Of a stretch of DNA of 64,000 nucleotides, positions 51,601 to 63,030 are shown in pieces; position 1 is the first letter of the stretch; each line of letters starts with the position of its first letter. Made by a program: the position numbers and the translations under genes. Source of the DNA: Thalia democratica (lineage: Eukaryota); NCBI GenBank assembly GCA_965202585.1, contig OZ241830.1, forward strand, positions 58,218,001 to 58,282,000. Reading direction: 5' to 3'. The notes beneath the pieces were generated by a model that was not told the DNA's origin, ran no database searches, and saw only the letters and a list, made by a program, of their open reading frames with translations.

Positions 51601-54600
51601 CTGTATAAATTATAGTTTTTATGTAATTAGATAAATAATTAGCTCCAATTTAATTTGTCGAGCACTATCGACCAGAACTTTTTATAAAACCTTTAATATA
51701 TATATATATATATATTTATATATAGTTACTTTATCATGTGTAATGCGTATAGTAAATAAATAAATTTACTGACTTAAATTGTATTGTGGTTTAACAATGT
51801 GTTTTAAAAAAGAAAATGAATTTTATATTAAATTATATGTATTGGTACTAAAATTAAAGTAATGCTAAATGTTTCCTGTTTAATTTTTTATTGGTTTTAT
51901 CTATATACTTAACTTTTGTAATTACTTGAACAGTTCAGTAATAAATATGTACCCTTTTTGAACTGGGAAAGCTTAAGAAATTTTGAAATTTAAAACAGAT
52001 ATCATAATTAAAATAAGTTACTTAGTTAAAAACAAGGTAAACTTTATGGAGTGCAAAAACTTATATAGCTGAGCTAATAAGTTTATGATAACTCAAAACA
52101 ATTATCTTTTTACTAGTTCTAAGTATGTACAAACTTGCTTGTTGCTTTTACATTTGATTTATCTTCATAATTGACAACTTTTTTTAAATTTAAGATTTAA
52201 AGTTGATATACTAGTCATACAAGTGTAATTAATATAATATATTTTTATAATCCATACTTTAAAAACAGTCAACATATATTTTACCCATAATTACTATAAA
52301 ACTAAATTGTTACAGCTCTGTTTTGTTTTTTGTACAATTACTAACAGAAATGACTACTCAATTCCAAGTTATTTTTTTTAAATTCCGGATAAATCTTTTT
52401 TATTTTAGGAAAAAGCTGTTAGAATTAGAAAAATCTTCAGAAATAGTTGATATTGGTTCTGGAAGTTCCAGTAATGAAGACGATGTCATTGAAATATGTG
52501 AAGATTTTGACGAGTTAAAGAATGAAGGTGTCCTTGTAAGTTACTTTTTATAATTTTATGCATGCACGTTTTTTACGTTGTTTAAGATATTATGGGCATA
52601 GGAGAGTCCAGCATGTTTATTAAAAAAAAAACATTGACTTGTTTAGAACTATGAAGTATGAATCAGTTTTTATATATTATGATAGTTTTTATTAAGTTTT
52701 TGAAAAAATAAGCACTTTTCTTAGAGTTTCAAGATGTTTTATACATATAAAAAATTGAATTTAAATTTTTTTATTGGTATAATATGTTCTAATGACAAGT
52801 TTAGGAGTAGTTGTCTAAAATATTGTATGTTTATCTGAAAACTTTCAATATTTTTTCTTCAAGTTTTCATACAATCATTAACGTTTTATAAAGTTAATAA
52901 CATTTTAAGCTGTTCAGGCAACTTTTGGTTTTTGTAAAACTTTATAACAGTTAAATTATTTTTTATTGAGATAAATTTTTAAGACACTTACATCATATGT
53001 TTTATTATTTAGTAAGTTGAAGTATAAAGTATTTATAAATACACTATCACATGTCATGGTAACTTTAACTATTATTTGATGGTTTGAATTTAATAAATAA
53101 GTGAAAGTTCTGTGTTTTATAGAAAACCACAAAAAGTTTATTTCGAATTCATGATGTTTTAGATCCGCTAAGAAACTTATATTCGTATTTATATAACTTA
53201 AACAAATTATTATTATTTTTTTCTTTTCTTGTAGAACCCCCCTAAAGGAGGAATTCACATCAAAAGAAGAGCTGAAACAAGGACAGAACAAATAAAACTT
53301 GATCTCAATATTTCAAAGTAATAAATAACTAAAGTTACAAAAATTTTTAAGTAATTAAAATATAATGTATTCCATCCCATAACATTTGGTAACCTTTGAT
53401 AACAGCTTTATTTTACTAAGGGTAAATAATTTTAGGTTCTATTTCTTATTTTGTTTTTGATTTCTATCCAGGTTTTTAGTTCAGCCAGTATTTTTTACTT
53501 TTATTTATCTAAAAAGTATCAACAGTTAGTTTACTTATTTCAAAACTCTTACGTTTGTGTTTACTTAAATATTTTAATAACTGTTTTTTGGAAAAAAGAG
53601 CAAAATTCCTAAAATAAATTTGATGAAAGTATAATTTTTTCTAATATTATTCTTTAAACAATAGAAAATGGTTTTAGAACTATATTTATTTAAAACTCTA
53701 AAAATTTATAAATGAAATTTTCGAAAAAATCTTAAAGTAAAAGTTGATACACTGTCTATTATCAGAATACTACTCAAACAATTCCAAAAAATTATTATTG
53801 ATACTCATATAAGATAAAAATTACCTTATAGTTTTACTAGAATATTTTTTAATCATAAAATACTATACATATAATCAAACTTTAACTTTGTAACTGAATT
53901 TTTTAGATAAACGTAACACAGATTCAAACTTTTATTTTTTAATTTCGGTCGAAAATTTTGAAACTAAACCAAATACGATAAAAAAACTGTGATTTTTTTT
54001 TATAACATATAAATTCCATTATAGGGCTATTAAGTTTTTTTAATCCTAATGTTTACGAATCCTTAATATTTTTGCCAAGCAAGTTTAAAATTCGTTGCTA
54101 ACAAGCTTCACATCCAAAACTTACTCAATCAACCTTGAAACTAGTTTTAATTTAGCTGCAGAATACATATTACAAATAAACCTTCGTAAATTATCTTAAC
54201 ACTTCAGCATTGTATGGTTTACTGTTAGTTTATACAGATTAAAAAAAGTAGTCAATGCTCTTGTAAAGACAAAAACTTTGTAAATTAAGTCTTGTTGTTT
54301 AAAAATAATTGTAAGTCTCAATAGACTAAGCTATTTTATAACTTTTAACGCTGTTAATAATTTAACTGTAATGCACTGTATAATCACAATAAGTTTTAAG
54401 TTAAAAGAAAAACTTTTTTTTTATCAAATGAGCTCAACTTTTTTCAGAATTAACTAAAATGCTTGTTTTAAACAAATTTATTATTTATACTTCAGGTTTT
54501 TTGACAAACTGGGAGGGGCACTGGATAGTGATAGACCGAGTTCGAGAAACTCAAATTTCAATAACAAGTCTTATGATTACTTAGATGATATTGAAAGCGC

Positions 54601-57190
54601 TTCACAGGTATATCATTCACTTGCATTTTACTGCATCCTTTTGTTCCTTGAATAGTAAAGTACTAGTTTTTATATCTTCATGAATACTAAACTCATTCAA
54701 GGTAACTGGACCGAGAAGGCTGGTTTGGGAGCCAGCATCGTCTGATGAAGTGTCTGAAAGACAGCTGAAAACAGAGGAAAAAAATAAAAACAGAAAACTC
54801 AGGGATTCGCAGATGTTCGATGATCAGAGCTCGTCAAAAATCACCAGGTTTAGTTTTGAATGTCTGATGGTAATAAAATTTGTTTCATGTAAAGCTCAAC
54901 TTTTAGAAACAATAATTTGTTTTAAAATGATCCTAAATTTATAATAGCTGTATAAAGTCATAGATTGATTTATTGCGCATAGCATTATAATTTAAAATAC
55001 TACCAAAAAAAATTCTTTCTCTATATTTGTTCTCGTATTTTTGAATCGAAGTTTTGTTAACTTAAGTTTTAAGGTAACTTATTGTTATTATATCTTGTTT
55101 TGCTTAAAATGGTACTTAAGTTTTGTTTTACTAATTTTAACAGAGTTTTTTTTTGTACAATCACTATATCAGCTTTGTAAGCTAACTAAAATATAAATAA
55201 AACTGAAATTTAACAAAAAGTTTTTTTTACTATTTTACTTCTTTTATATTTAAAAATATTTAATCGTTATATTTCTTATAAAGTAAAATTTTTGACAGTT
55301 TAAACAATTTTATGTAGTGTTGCTAAATACAAAAAATTTATTACAATATTCATGATTTAATTTCTTTATAATATTAATGTTCTTGAATTTATAAAGATCT
55401 ACAATACAAGGGAACGGGTCAAATATGCACGAAGATATTTTTGCATGAAGGGTCACTTTTGCACAAGGGGTCTCTTTTGCACGGAGCGTCACTTTTCCAC
55501 GAAGGGTCATTTTTGCACGAGAGTAAAAAAAGTTAATTAAATATTTAAACAAATTTAAAGATAAATTAATTAAAAAACAAAAGAGAAAAAAAAAGTTACC
55601 TACTGAGGGTAAAGGTTAAGGCTAACAGTGATAGTAAAAAAAACAAAGACAGAAAAAAAAACTAGAAAAAAATGAATAAACTAATAAAAAAAACAAAAAA
55701 GAAAAAAAAAAGTTACTGACCGAGGGTAGGGTTAAAGGGTGATAGTGATAGAAAAAATAAAAATAAATATAAAGTAAATAAAAAAATAATAATTAGAAAA
55801 AATTTCAACCCGTGCAAAAGTGTCTTTGTGCAAAATTTACGCCGTGCAAAAGCGTCTTCGTGCATATTTAACCCATCGTGCAAAAGTCTCCTTTCGTGAA
55901 TTTTAGACTCCTATCCACAATATATACATGAAAACATTTAGTTTTAATATTAAATACACATAATAAGTGTATTTTATTAATTTATTTTATATTAATTACT
56001 AACTGTTTAATACTTTTCTATGTTATAATTTTAACATCTTTATAGAGAGAAGAGTGATGTATCAACAGTATTAAGTTTGAAAAATCAAAATGCAAGCTCA
56101 GATGCTGGGGATGGTAAATCAACCACTTTGTCTAAACTAAGTTTGTTTTATTTTTCACAATATTTACATAGTTCTTTATTAATATTAAAAACGAAGGTTG
56201 GTGAATGAGTTTAATCATAACTTTTTTGTTATCAACTAAAAAAGTTAATCTAAATGTTTTTGTTCATTAAATATGTTTTTAACTTATTTTCATTTAATTA
56301 TTTTATTTTCAAGTTAATTTACTTAAAGCTTGCCTTTCAACAATTTTGTTTAGCATTTGAATCTTTTATTTCATATCTTAATATATTTGTCAATTATACT
56401 TTTTCAGTTTTAATTACATGCTGTATTATGATGCATATTTAGGATAATAATTTTTTAGAATACGTTTTAGGATGCTATGTTTTGCAAAAAAAATCCACGT
56501 AACTGTTTTGTTGCTAAAATTTAAAAAAGTAAAAATGTCTTATTAATACAACTTGATGCATTTATGAGATCAACCTAAGTTTTATATATTTAAAGTTATT
56601 AATTTTGGAAAATAAAACATAAATGCATTATTTTTTCTGAGATGTTGTAGTGATAATTGTACAACTACTTTTTTAGAATTACTAAGCGTTTTTTAAACGT
56701 TACTTTTTCAATAGTTTTTCAAAAGCTGTACCTATAATGATTTTTGACTTCATGATTATAGTAGAGTTAAGATAAACCTTTAATTCGATATAAAAATTAA
56801 TTTCATTAAAAAAAATATAGTTTAAAGTATTTTGGTAGGCTGGACATTATTATTATTCTAATAAAATTATAAAGCACTAAATTATATTCTAAAAGTTCTA
56901 TACAAATAGTTATATTTTCTTTATTTATCATTTGTGGTGATATGTTGACAACACTAAGTTAACAGTTAGATAGGTTTGTTAAAAGCTTGTTTATATAAAT
57001 ATGTTTGAGATATTTCAACATATTTGTTGACTGATATTATTTCGATAACCACAGTTAAACATTTTGTAAAATAAATAAAATATTTATAGCTCCAGCTAGA
57101 GCTTCTGCAAAAATGGCAATGAACCGTTCTAAGTCAAAAAATACATCCTTTTTTCCTGAAATAAAAGAAGAAAGAAAGCGAAATCATTAG
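45667..57190 (+). CDS. C8orf34: C8orf34 (VEST1)-like protein with an N-terminal RIIa/Dpy-30-type docking domain, 12 coding exons
   Basis: Exons: 45667-45732, 47710-47784, 49132-49195, 49460-49567, 49932-50138, 50300-50384, 52409-52535, 53235-53317, 54496-54607, 54702-54847, 56046-56113, 57090-57190 (TAG). All GT-AG and in phase. RIHSYMKHNKISDLFEELMGKLIHELPSNPVVFLIKYLQNK resembles the human [48 protein letters not shown] and NEDDVIEICEDFDELKNEGV also match. Confidence 0.88.
46237..46782. mobile_element. MITE with arrays of TTTGCACAAG-like subterminal repeats (Mutator/foldback-like), copy A
   Basis: Termini GGGTAGCTGTCAAATTTGCAC and TTTGACCCCTTCCC, with roughly 17-18-bp repeat units inverted at the two ends. 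Homologous to copies B and C but in the opposite orientation. Confidence 0.75.
48333..48959. mobile_element. Same MITE family, copy B
   Basis: Same termini, with three tandem internal units containing accgaggtaagggttagg..aacagtgatagt. Confidence 0.75.
50534..50605 (+). ncRNA. Decayed type I hammerhead motif
   Basis: Perfect 14-bp stem I AATTCAAAAAACAG/CTGTTTTTTGAATT, core mutated to CAGAATA, stem II AAGCAAT/ATTGTTT, GAAA, palindrome ACAATTGT and GTA triplet. Confidence 0.55.
50744..50817 (-). ncRNA. Decayed type I hammerhead motif, inverted homolog of 51547-51618
   Basis: On the minus strand: CCAATGA, then G-TATATG..CATATA-C, GAAA, CGGTC and GTA. It occupies the mirror position in the palindrome. 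Confidence 0.5.
51547..51618 (+). ncRNA. Type I hammerhead ribozyme motif, near intact, C8orf34 intron 6, sense strand
   Basis: Core CTGAGGA at 51560-66. Perfect 10-bp stem II CACATGAAAT/ATTTCATGTG with a U.U closing pair. GAAA at 51594-97, palindromic stem III ACAGCTGT, GTA triplet, and a stem I of about 13 positions. Confidence 0.72.
55410..55916. mobile_element. Same MITE family, copy C
   Basis: Same termini, two internal units, and a possible 9-bp TSD acaatacaa/acaatatat. Confidence 0.75.
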
Positions 57191-59005
57191 TGATGTGTTT
57201 TAAATAAAGTTTTATTTTGAATAGTTTAACTGTTCGAAATGAATTTCGAATTTTTTTATTATTAATAGAGTCAAAAATGTTATCATAATTTTCTACTTAG
57301 AGGCCCCTCTAGTGATATTTATTTAACATTTAATTTTAATTTTATTTAGTTTTTTATATAAAACTCTGAACTTAAATTTAAATTACATTTAAGTGTTCAT
57401 CAAAAGTTAAACTGTAATTTTTATGTATATTTATATATAACTTATTTAATCAATGATTAATTTTTTTGTTATTACAATAATGAAGATGTTTATTAATGTA
57501 TTTACTTTTTTTTTTTTTGAAAACTTGTTTTTGTAATTTTTATATCAATATACCTGTTCAACTCGTTCTTTCTAGTTAAGAATAAACTCACTTATGATAT
57601 TAAGTATAAATTGTTTACAGCTTAATTTTCCTTGAGCATTTTATAGGATTTTTTTTTAATTTAACGAATATTTTACTGGTTAACATTTTTATCTTACTTT
57701 TTACCTTTAAACTTTGTTTAATGTTAATTTCTTAATCTTGTCTTCGACAAGACCTTAAAAGGTATTCGTGGTGTGCGACTCGAAAACCGAAAGATTTTGT
57801 GCACCAAGGCCTAAGACCAAATATTTAGAGCGTTCTTTTTTGTCGTTCAATACATTAACTCTTATAATAATTATACACCACGGATACAGTTTAATGTCTT
57901 GTCTAGCTATCATCCGGTAGATCTATATTTTTTAAGAACATTAAGTTACTAAAACTACTACAGTTAATTTCACTTATTTCTATTGTAAAATTAATTTTCT
58001 GCAAAATATGAAACCATTACGTTTTGTTTAAATATAGACGTTCAATTTTAGACGACAAGTCAAATACAAAACTTTATAAGTTGTAATCAAAAAAACTGAC
58101 AGAAGCAAACTATATAATATTTAAATGTACATAAACACTTTGAAAATGTTGATCCTGTAATACATAAAAAAGCTATCACAAACTTTTAATACTCAGTACG
58201 GTCAAACAACATGATCCTTTTTAGCATAAATATAGTAAATTAATCTGCAAAATGAATTAAGCAGTGTTGCATTTGTTGGTTTTAAAACATTTGTCTGAAC
58301 TGTTTTAAATACTAAAAATTTATAATTACCTTATCTTGCTTTTTTTTTTTCCAAATAGTAAAAGAAGATTCTAAATAAATAAGTCTTAAATAAAATGTGT
58401 TAGTTGACATGAAAGTTTGGACTAAGTTTTATTTTTCGAAATTGTTATCAAAGTTATTTTAATTTACCTAAAATGTTTTTTACATATAACCTAAACTATA
58501 AACAAAGTTTTTGTTATATATAATAAAATAAATTTGTTAGTGTGGTAAATTACTTGCCATTGACTGCATAGTTTTCAAATTATACTAGAATTTCTTTTAA
58601 GAAAAAATCGTTCAGAATTTAAAAAACCGTGTCTTATTAGACTACTTCAAATTGTTCTTAAATATAAAACCAAGAATTTATTATAAAATGCAGTAAAAAC
58701 AATCTAGTTAGCTGAAACAATGAAAGTGAATATAAGTTGACACTTTATTTTAGCTAAACCATAAAAGCTTTTCAAATATTTACTTAAAATTATTGTTTTG
58801 TGCTTTTGAAGGAAGAATCTAAAAAAAACTCGTAGTAACAAAAATAAATTTGAATTAAAAAGGTGTTTAGGAATTGTATAAGTATTTAACTAGCTTTAAT
58901 TATATTATGTTTTCCAGACTTTATCATTCTTTTAATTAGTTTGTGAATAAACTTAACCAGGAAAGATATTTATTTATGATAAGATCTTATTCAGTTGAAT
59001 CAACA

Positions 59006-60880
59006 ATGCCTGTGATTAAATGCCCTCTTGAGAGTTGCGCATATGAAACACCAGATGTCAATGCTTCTGTAGCTGCCTCTTTGCTTATCATTCACAACAA
59101 TGTTTACATTAATGCAAGTTCTTCAAAACCAATGATGAATCGTCATCGAATAGGGAGAGACTGTAATGAAGAAGGTTGAAACATATTTGTGCAAAAATGG
59201 ACTATGTTTAAAGACGGCAAAGAGATAACAGAGACAGAAAAACGTCGCCAACTGTACCAGTGCTGTGAGGAAGATCTAAGCCATGCTATTTTAGGGGGAC
59301 ATACTGACATAGTAAGTTTAAGTGAGCAAGAGCTTTTAGGGATAATCAAGCAGCTAGCAGTCATTCCTGTTTCAATTGTTGTCCGACGATTAGACTTCCT
59401 TAGTACAAAACAGGATTCGACTGAAAACACAAGTACATACTCTTACACCTGTACTTGCCCAAAAGATGGCTGCAATCAAGTGATAGACTTCACAAACATA
59501 ATCTTTAAAAATATTTTGGTGACTGGTCTAGCAGATGAAGATATCCGAAAAGAGGTGCTAGGATAGGAAAGTCTAGATGAGAAAAATTTCAATGAAACAA
59601 TCGGCTTTATTGAAGCAAAAGAAATGGCACGTGATGCAATGTCAAAACCCGCTGTTACGGCCTCAGTTTTGTCATACAAATCCTTAAAGAAAACAACACA
59701 AAGACCAAGTGGTGAAATAACTTGTAGCATATATAATAAATTAACTGATAAATTTGTTTAGAGCAGTAAAAATAAGAGGTACATTGAATGTTCTGCCCGT
59801 AAACAATGCTGGATAAAGTCCCGTAAAAAACTTTATAAAAGAAACAATAAATATGCTGATGAGTCAAATTCGCTACTGGTAGGTGGATTGCATACACAAT
59901 ACTTGACAATTTTTGTAGCTGAGGTCGTAGGAAAAATATGTTTGAGCAAAAAAAACGCGAAAAAAAAGGAGTTACAGGGACAGAAAAACGTTCTTCTATA
60001 CACTGGGTGGCGACGAAAACCGCACAAATCCCAAAGTAATCGTCTCCTACCTCCAAATGAACAATTCATTCCAAAAGTTCCCTTTGAATCGATTGTCTGT
60101 AATTAATTTTTTTTCAGAGGGTGGCATTGTTTTGTAGCCGCTGACAAACTTACAGGTTGAACAGAACAACAAAGAATAAAATGAGGTACAAATGAGTCTG
60201 GTTCATAAGGACTATGTAAAGCTTTGCGTCGTATTTTGTTACTTTTGGTGTTCCAGTTGAAATATATTCAGATAGTATTCAAGAGTTTTCAGCAAAAGTT
60301 ACCAAGGATTTTCTAAAACAATGGGGTTTACACCATCATATGTCATCTGCATATCATTTTATATCAAACAGTAGAGCAGAACTAGCAGTAAAGCGATTGT
60401 TAATGGAAAACGTTGATTTAAATGGTGAACTAAAAACGATAGAATGGTACAAGCTTTACTAAAGCAGAGAAATACGCCTGATCCGAGATGCAAACTATAC
60501 CCTGCACTGAACCTTTTGGGACGAAATTTGAAGAAGTCATTACCTTACGTCAGAAAGAGTGTTATGACTTACAATAACCCGCAGATCTCAAAAATGTGGC
60601 GTGACGTATGGAGTAAAAAGGAAGAATCTTTCAGTATTCGTTATGTGAAGTCTCTCGAAAATTTAAGTGAGCACACAAAATCGTTTCCACCACTGAATTG
60701 TGGTGATAGAAAACCAAACGAGTAACTTTTTTAAAAACTAGGGGAAAAGTGGAGTAGTAGTGGAACTAAAAGACTACCATCAATATGTTGTCAAGGTTGA
60801 TGAATAAAGTCGCTTAACTGTTCGAAATCGCAAGTTTCTAAGAAAATTTAACCCCTCTGTTTGCAAATCTCTAAGCAGTA
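59006..60880 (+). mobile_element. Decayed, internally deleted Ty3/gypsy-type LTR retrotransposon (gag plus integrase remnants)
   Basis: Gag-like MPVIKCPLESCAYETPDV..RQLYQCCEEDL..LVTGLADEDIRKEVL..FIEAKE. Integrase-like VPFESI, TFGVPVEI, QEFSAKVTKDFLKQWG, SNSRAELAVK, ALLKQRNTP, QYVVKVD..RNRKFLRKF. Many stops and frameshifts; no RT or LTRs seen. Confidence 0.85.
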
Positions 60881-61240
60881 TTCCTTATCTGAGAAATGCA
60901 AACATATCACTGTAGAATTTTGTCTTCTCTGGTAAAGTTGAATAAAAAAAAATAATAAAATTCAAGAAAAGTTTTGATGTTCTGTGTTTCCAGAAGGAAC
61001 ATTCTATTTGAATAAGCATTGTGTAATTTCCCATTATACTAATGTTTTCTTCAAAATTGATATTGAACTTGAATGGCTCGGATTTGATTTGATCAATATT
61101 TTCTTGACCTGTATTTTCTACAGAAAAGCAAACAGACCATATATATATATATATACAGAGGTAATAAGGTGATTATTTAAACTTAATATCTTTCTACGGA
61201 GACAACTTCAAAGGAATAATTTTTTTAGGAAAATGAAATT

Positions 61241-61327
61241 TTTTAAATTCCAGAACATATGTTTCATTAAGACAACACTCAAAGACAAAAAAAATAGTTT
61301 TAAACCTTCAGCTGGTTCAATTTAAAA
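61241..61327 (-). ncRNA. Type I hammerhead ribozyme motif, partly decayed
   Basis: On the minus strand: 13-bp stem I TTTTAAATT[GAA]CCAG/CTGGAATTTAAAA with a 3-nt bulge, core CTGAAGG, imperfect stem II, GAAA, palindrome ACATATGT and GTT triplet. Confidence 0.6.
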
Positions 61328-61875
61328 TAAATAGCTCTTTGGTAAACAAAGATGCAAAAATTATACAAAAAACAATATGACGTAATTATTGAATGTTGTA
61401 CAGTACAAATATTCATTGCAAAAGTTAATCTTCCGTCTAAACAAACGGTTAAAAATTGACAAAAATACAATTAAGTGACTATGAATTACTTTAAAATTTA
61501 TTTTATTTCAAAAGGATCTTTTTCATATGTCGACAAAACGATACGAATTCATTTTTTTCAAATTAGGATCTGGCGGGAACTGGACCCGGATATTTTTTTC
61601 ATATCAAGATCCGGCGGGATCCGGATATCAGACAAAAATGGCAATATCCGGCCGGATCTGGACCCGGATAGTCAGTCATATTATGTCAATATGTTATATT
61701 ATATATATATATATCATAAAAATTAGTCCAGCACTAAAAAAAAAGTAAAATCTAGAGAAATCTAGGAAAATTCATGATTTTTTCAATTTTATTTAGGGAA
61801 ATTTAAGTTTTTTTTTTATAATTGCAAAAATCTAGGGATATTTAGAGAAATCTAGGGATATGGGAACCCTGTAAA

Positions 61876-62345
61876 GTGAGTATAATATAAACTAGCCTGA
61901 GTCAGAATGAGGTTTTTAAATACTGAAAAAAAAACTTTAATCTAATAATAAGTAGAACAGCTAGCCACAAGGTTGACAACTTTAAGTAATATTTACAATT
62001 AAAAATCTGAAATCAAGTTCTTGAACAAAATTAACTAGAAAATCAAAAAATATTGATAACTGGATCAGCTCAAACTAATTCAAAATCTAAAAGAAAACTA
62101 GCCTGAGTTTTTCAAAAAATTTTAAAACTAGCCTGAGTTTTTATAAAAAACCAAACTAGCTTGAGGCAGCCTTAGATTTTCAAAATTTCCAAAAATTTTC
62201 AAACTAGCATAGTTGCCACTGTTTAAGTCAAAATAAAACTAGTTAGAGTGAGTATAAACTAGCCTGAGTCAGAATGAGGTTTTAAAAACTAAAAAAAATA
62301 CTTTAATCTAATAGTCAGTAGAACAGCTAGCTATAAGGTTGACAA
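61876..62345 (+). repeat. Direct repeat of about 100 bp with short aaactagcctgag sub-repeats
   Basis: 61876-61985 matches about 62248-62345, and actagcctgag recurs at about 62098-62140. Confidence 0.7.
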
Positions 62346-62563
62346 TTTGGTAGTAAAGTTTTTAATTTTACAACATAAGTAAAGAGTTGAATTTCTGAAA
62401 TGTTTTTTTCATAGTTTAAATGTAAACAAATGTAAATTAGTCACGTGTACAAAATTAGCCAATCACGGTATGTGTTTAATTTTAACTGACGAAAATGACT
62501 CTTTTTAATTTACACAGGGTTTGTTTTTGAAAAATACTTTTCAGTATGCTCTTTTTTACTAAC

Positions 62564-62748
62564 TAGATCCGAATCGGCCGGATCTCTGTTAGGATCCGGC
62601 TGGAACCGGACCCGAACCTTTTTTTAAATCAAGATCCGGCCGGAACCGGATCTTTTTTTCATATCAAAACCCGGCCGGATCCGGATATCAGACAAAAATA
62701 ACAATATCCGGCCGGATCCGGACCCTGATAGTGAGTTCGGTACATCAC
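62564..62748. mobile_element. CCGGATCCGG-rich hAT-like MITE fragment
   Basis: Terminus ggtacatcactg (reverse complement CAGTGATGTACC). Homologous fragments lie at 61563-61680 and, nested in the hAT element, at about 45274-45405. Confidence 0.6.
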
Positions 62749-63030
62749 TGGTTATTACCATCTGCTATTGTCTGTGCTCTTTTTATCACCTCCCGAGTTA
62801 TTCTAAAATCAATGTTTTTACGCTTTAGGCCGCAAACATACTTTGAAAGCTCAGTTTAATTTTTGTTTACACCACCTTTAAAGGATTTTTTTGGTTAGCA
62901 TACCGGAGTTTGAACTGAGCATAAGCCGATGTAGAACTTCTCCTCAAGGTCAGAGTTAACTGTTGCCTTGTAAATAATGTTCTCCTAACGGCAGTTGCTC
63001 CCTTTCAAAATATATTTGCAGCCATCAGCG
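62749..63030 (-). mobile_element. Decayed Penelope-like element GIY-YIG endonuclease fragment, second subfamily
   Basis: Minus translation NCR*ENIIYKATVNSDLEEKFYIGLCS, then after frameshifts FKLRYAN..KSFK..N*TELSKYVCGLKRKNIDFRITREVIKRA. It is cut at 62748 by a hAT-like terminus. Confidence 0.85.

Larger units (their letters stand above)
50720..51640. mobile_element. Diverged palindrome made of two inverted PLE 3' ends (ORF C-terminus, 3' UTR, hammerhead)
   Basis: Arms at about 50720-51150 and 51200-51640 are reverse-complement homologs. The right arm reads LNKKSERQNICIHYQKYF (from 51217), resembling the PLE LNKRSE..CxH C-terminus. Each arm ends in a hammerhead motif. Confidence 0.7.

Noticed and set aside
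54743-54762. CTGATGA-AGTGTCT-GAAA
   Set aside because: It lies in a C8orf34 coding exon and lacks stems I and III, so it is likely chance.
62486-62552. CTGACGA..GAAA with a weak stem II
   Set aside because: Stems I and III and the NUH site cannot be formed convincingly.
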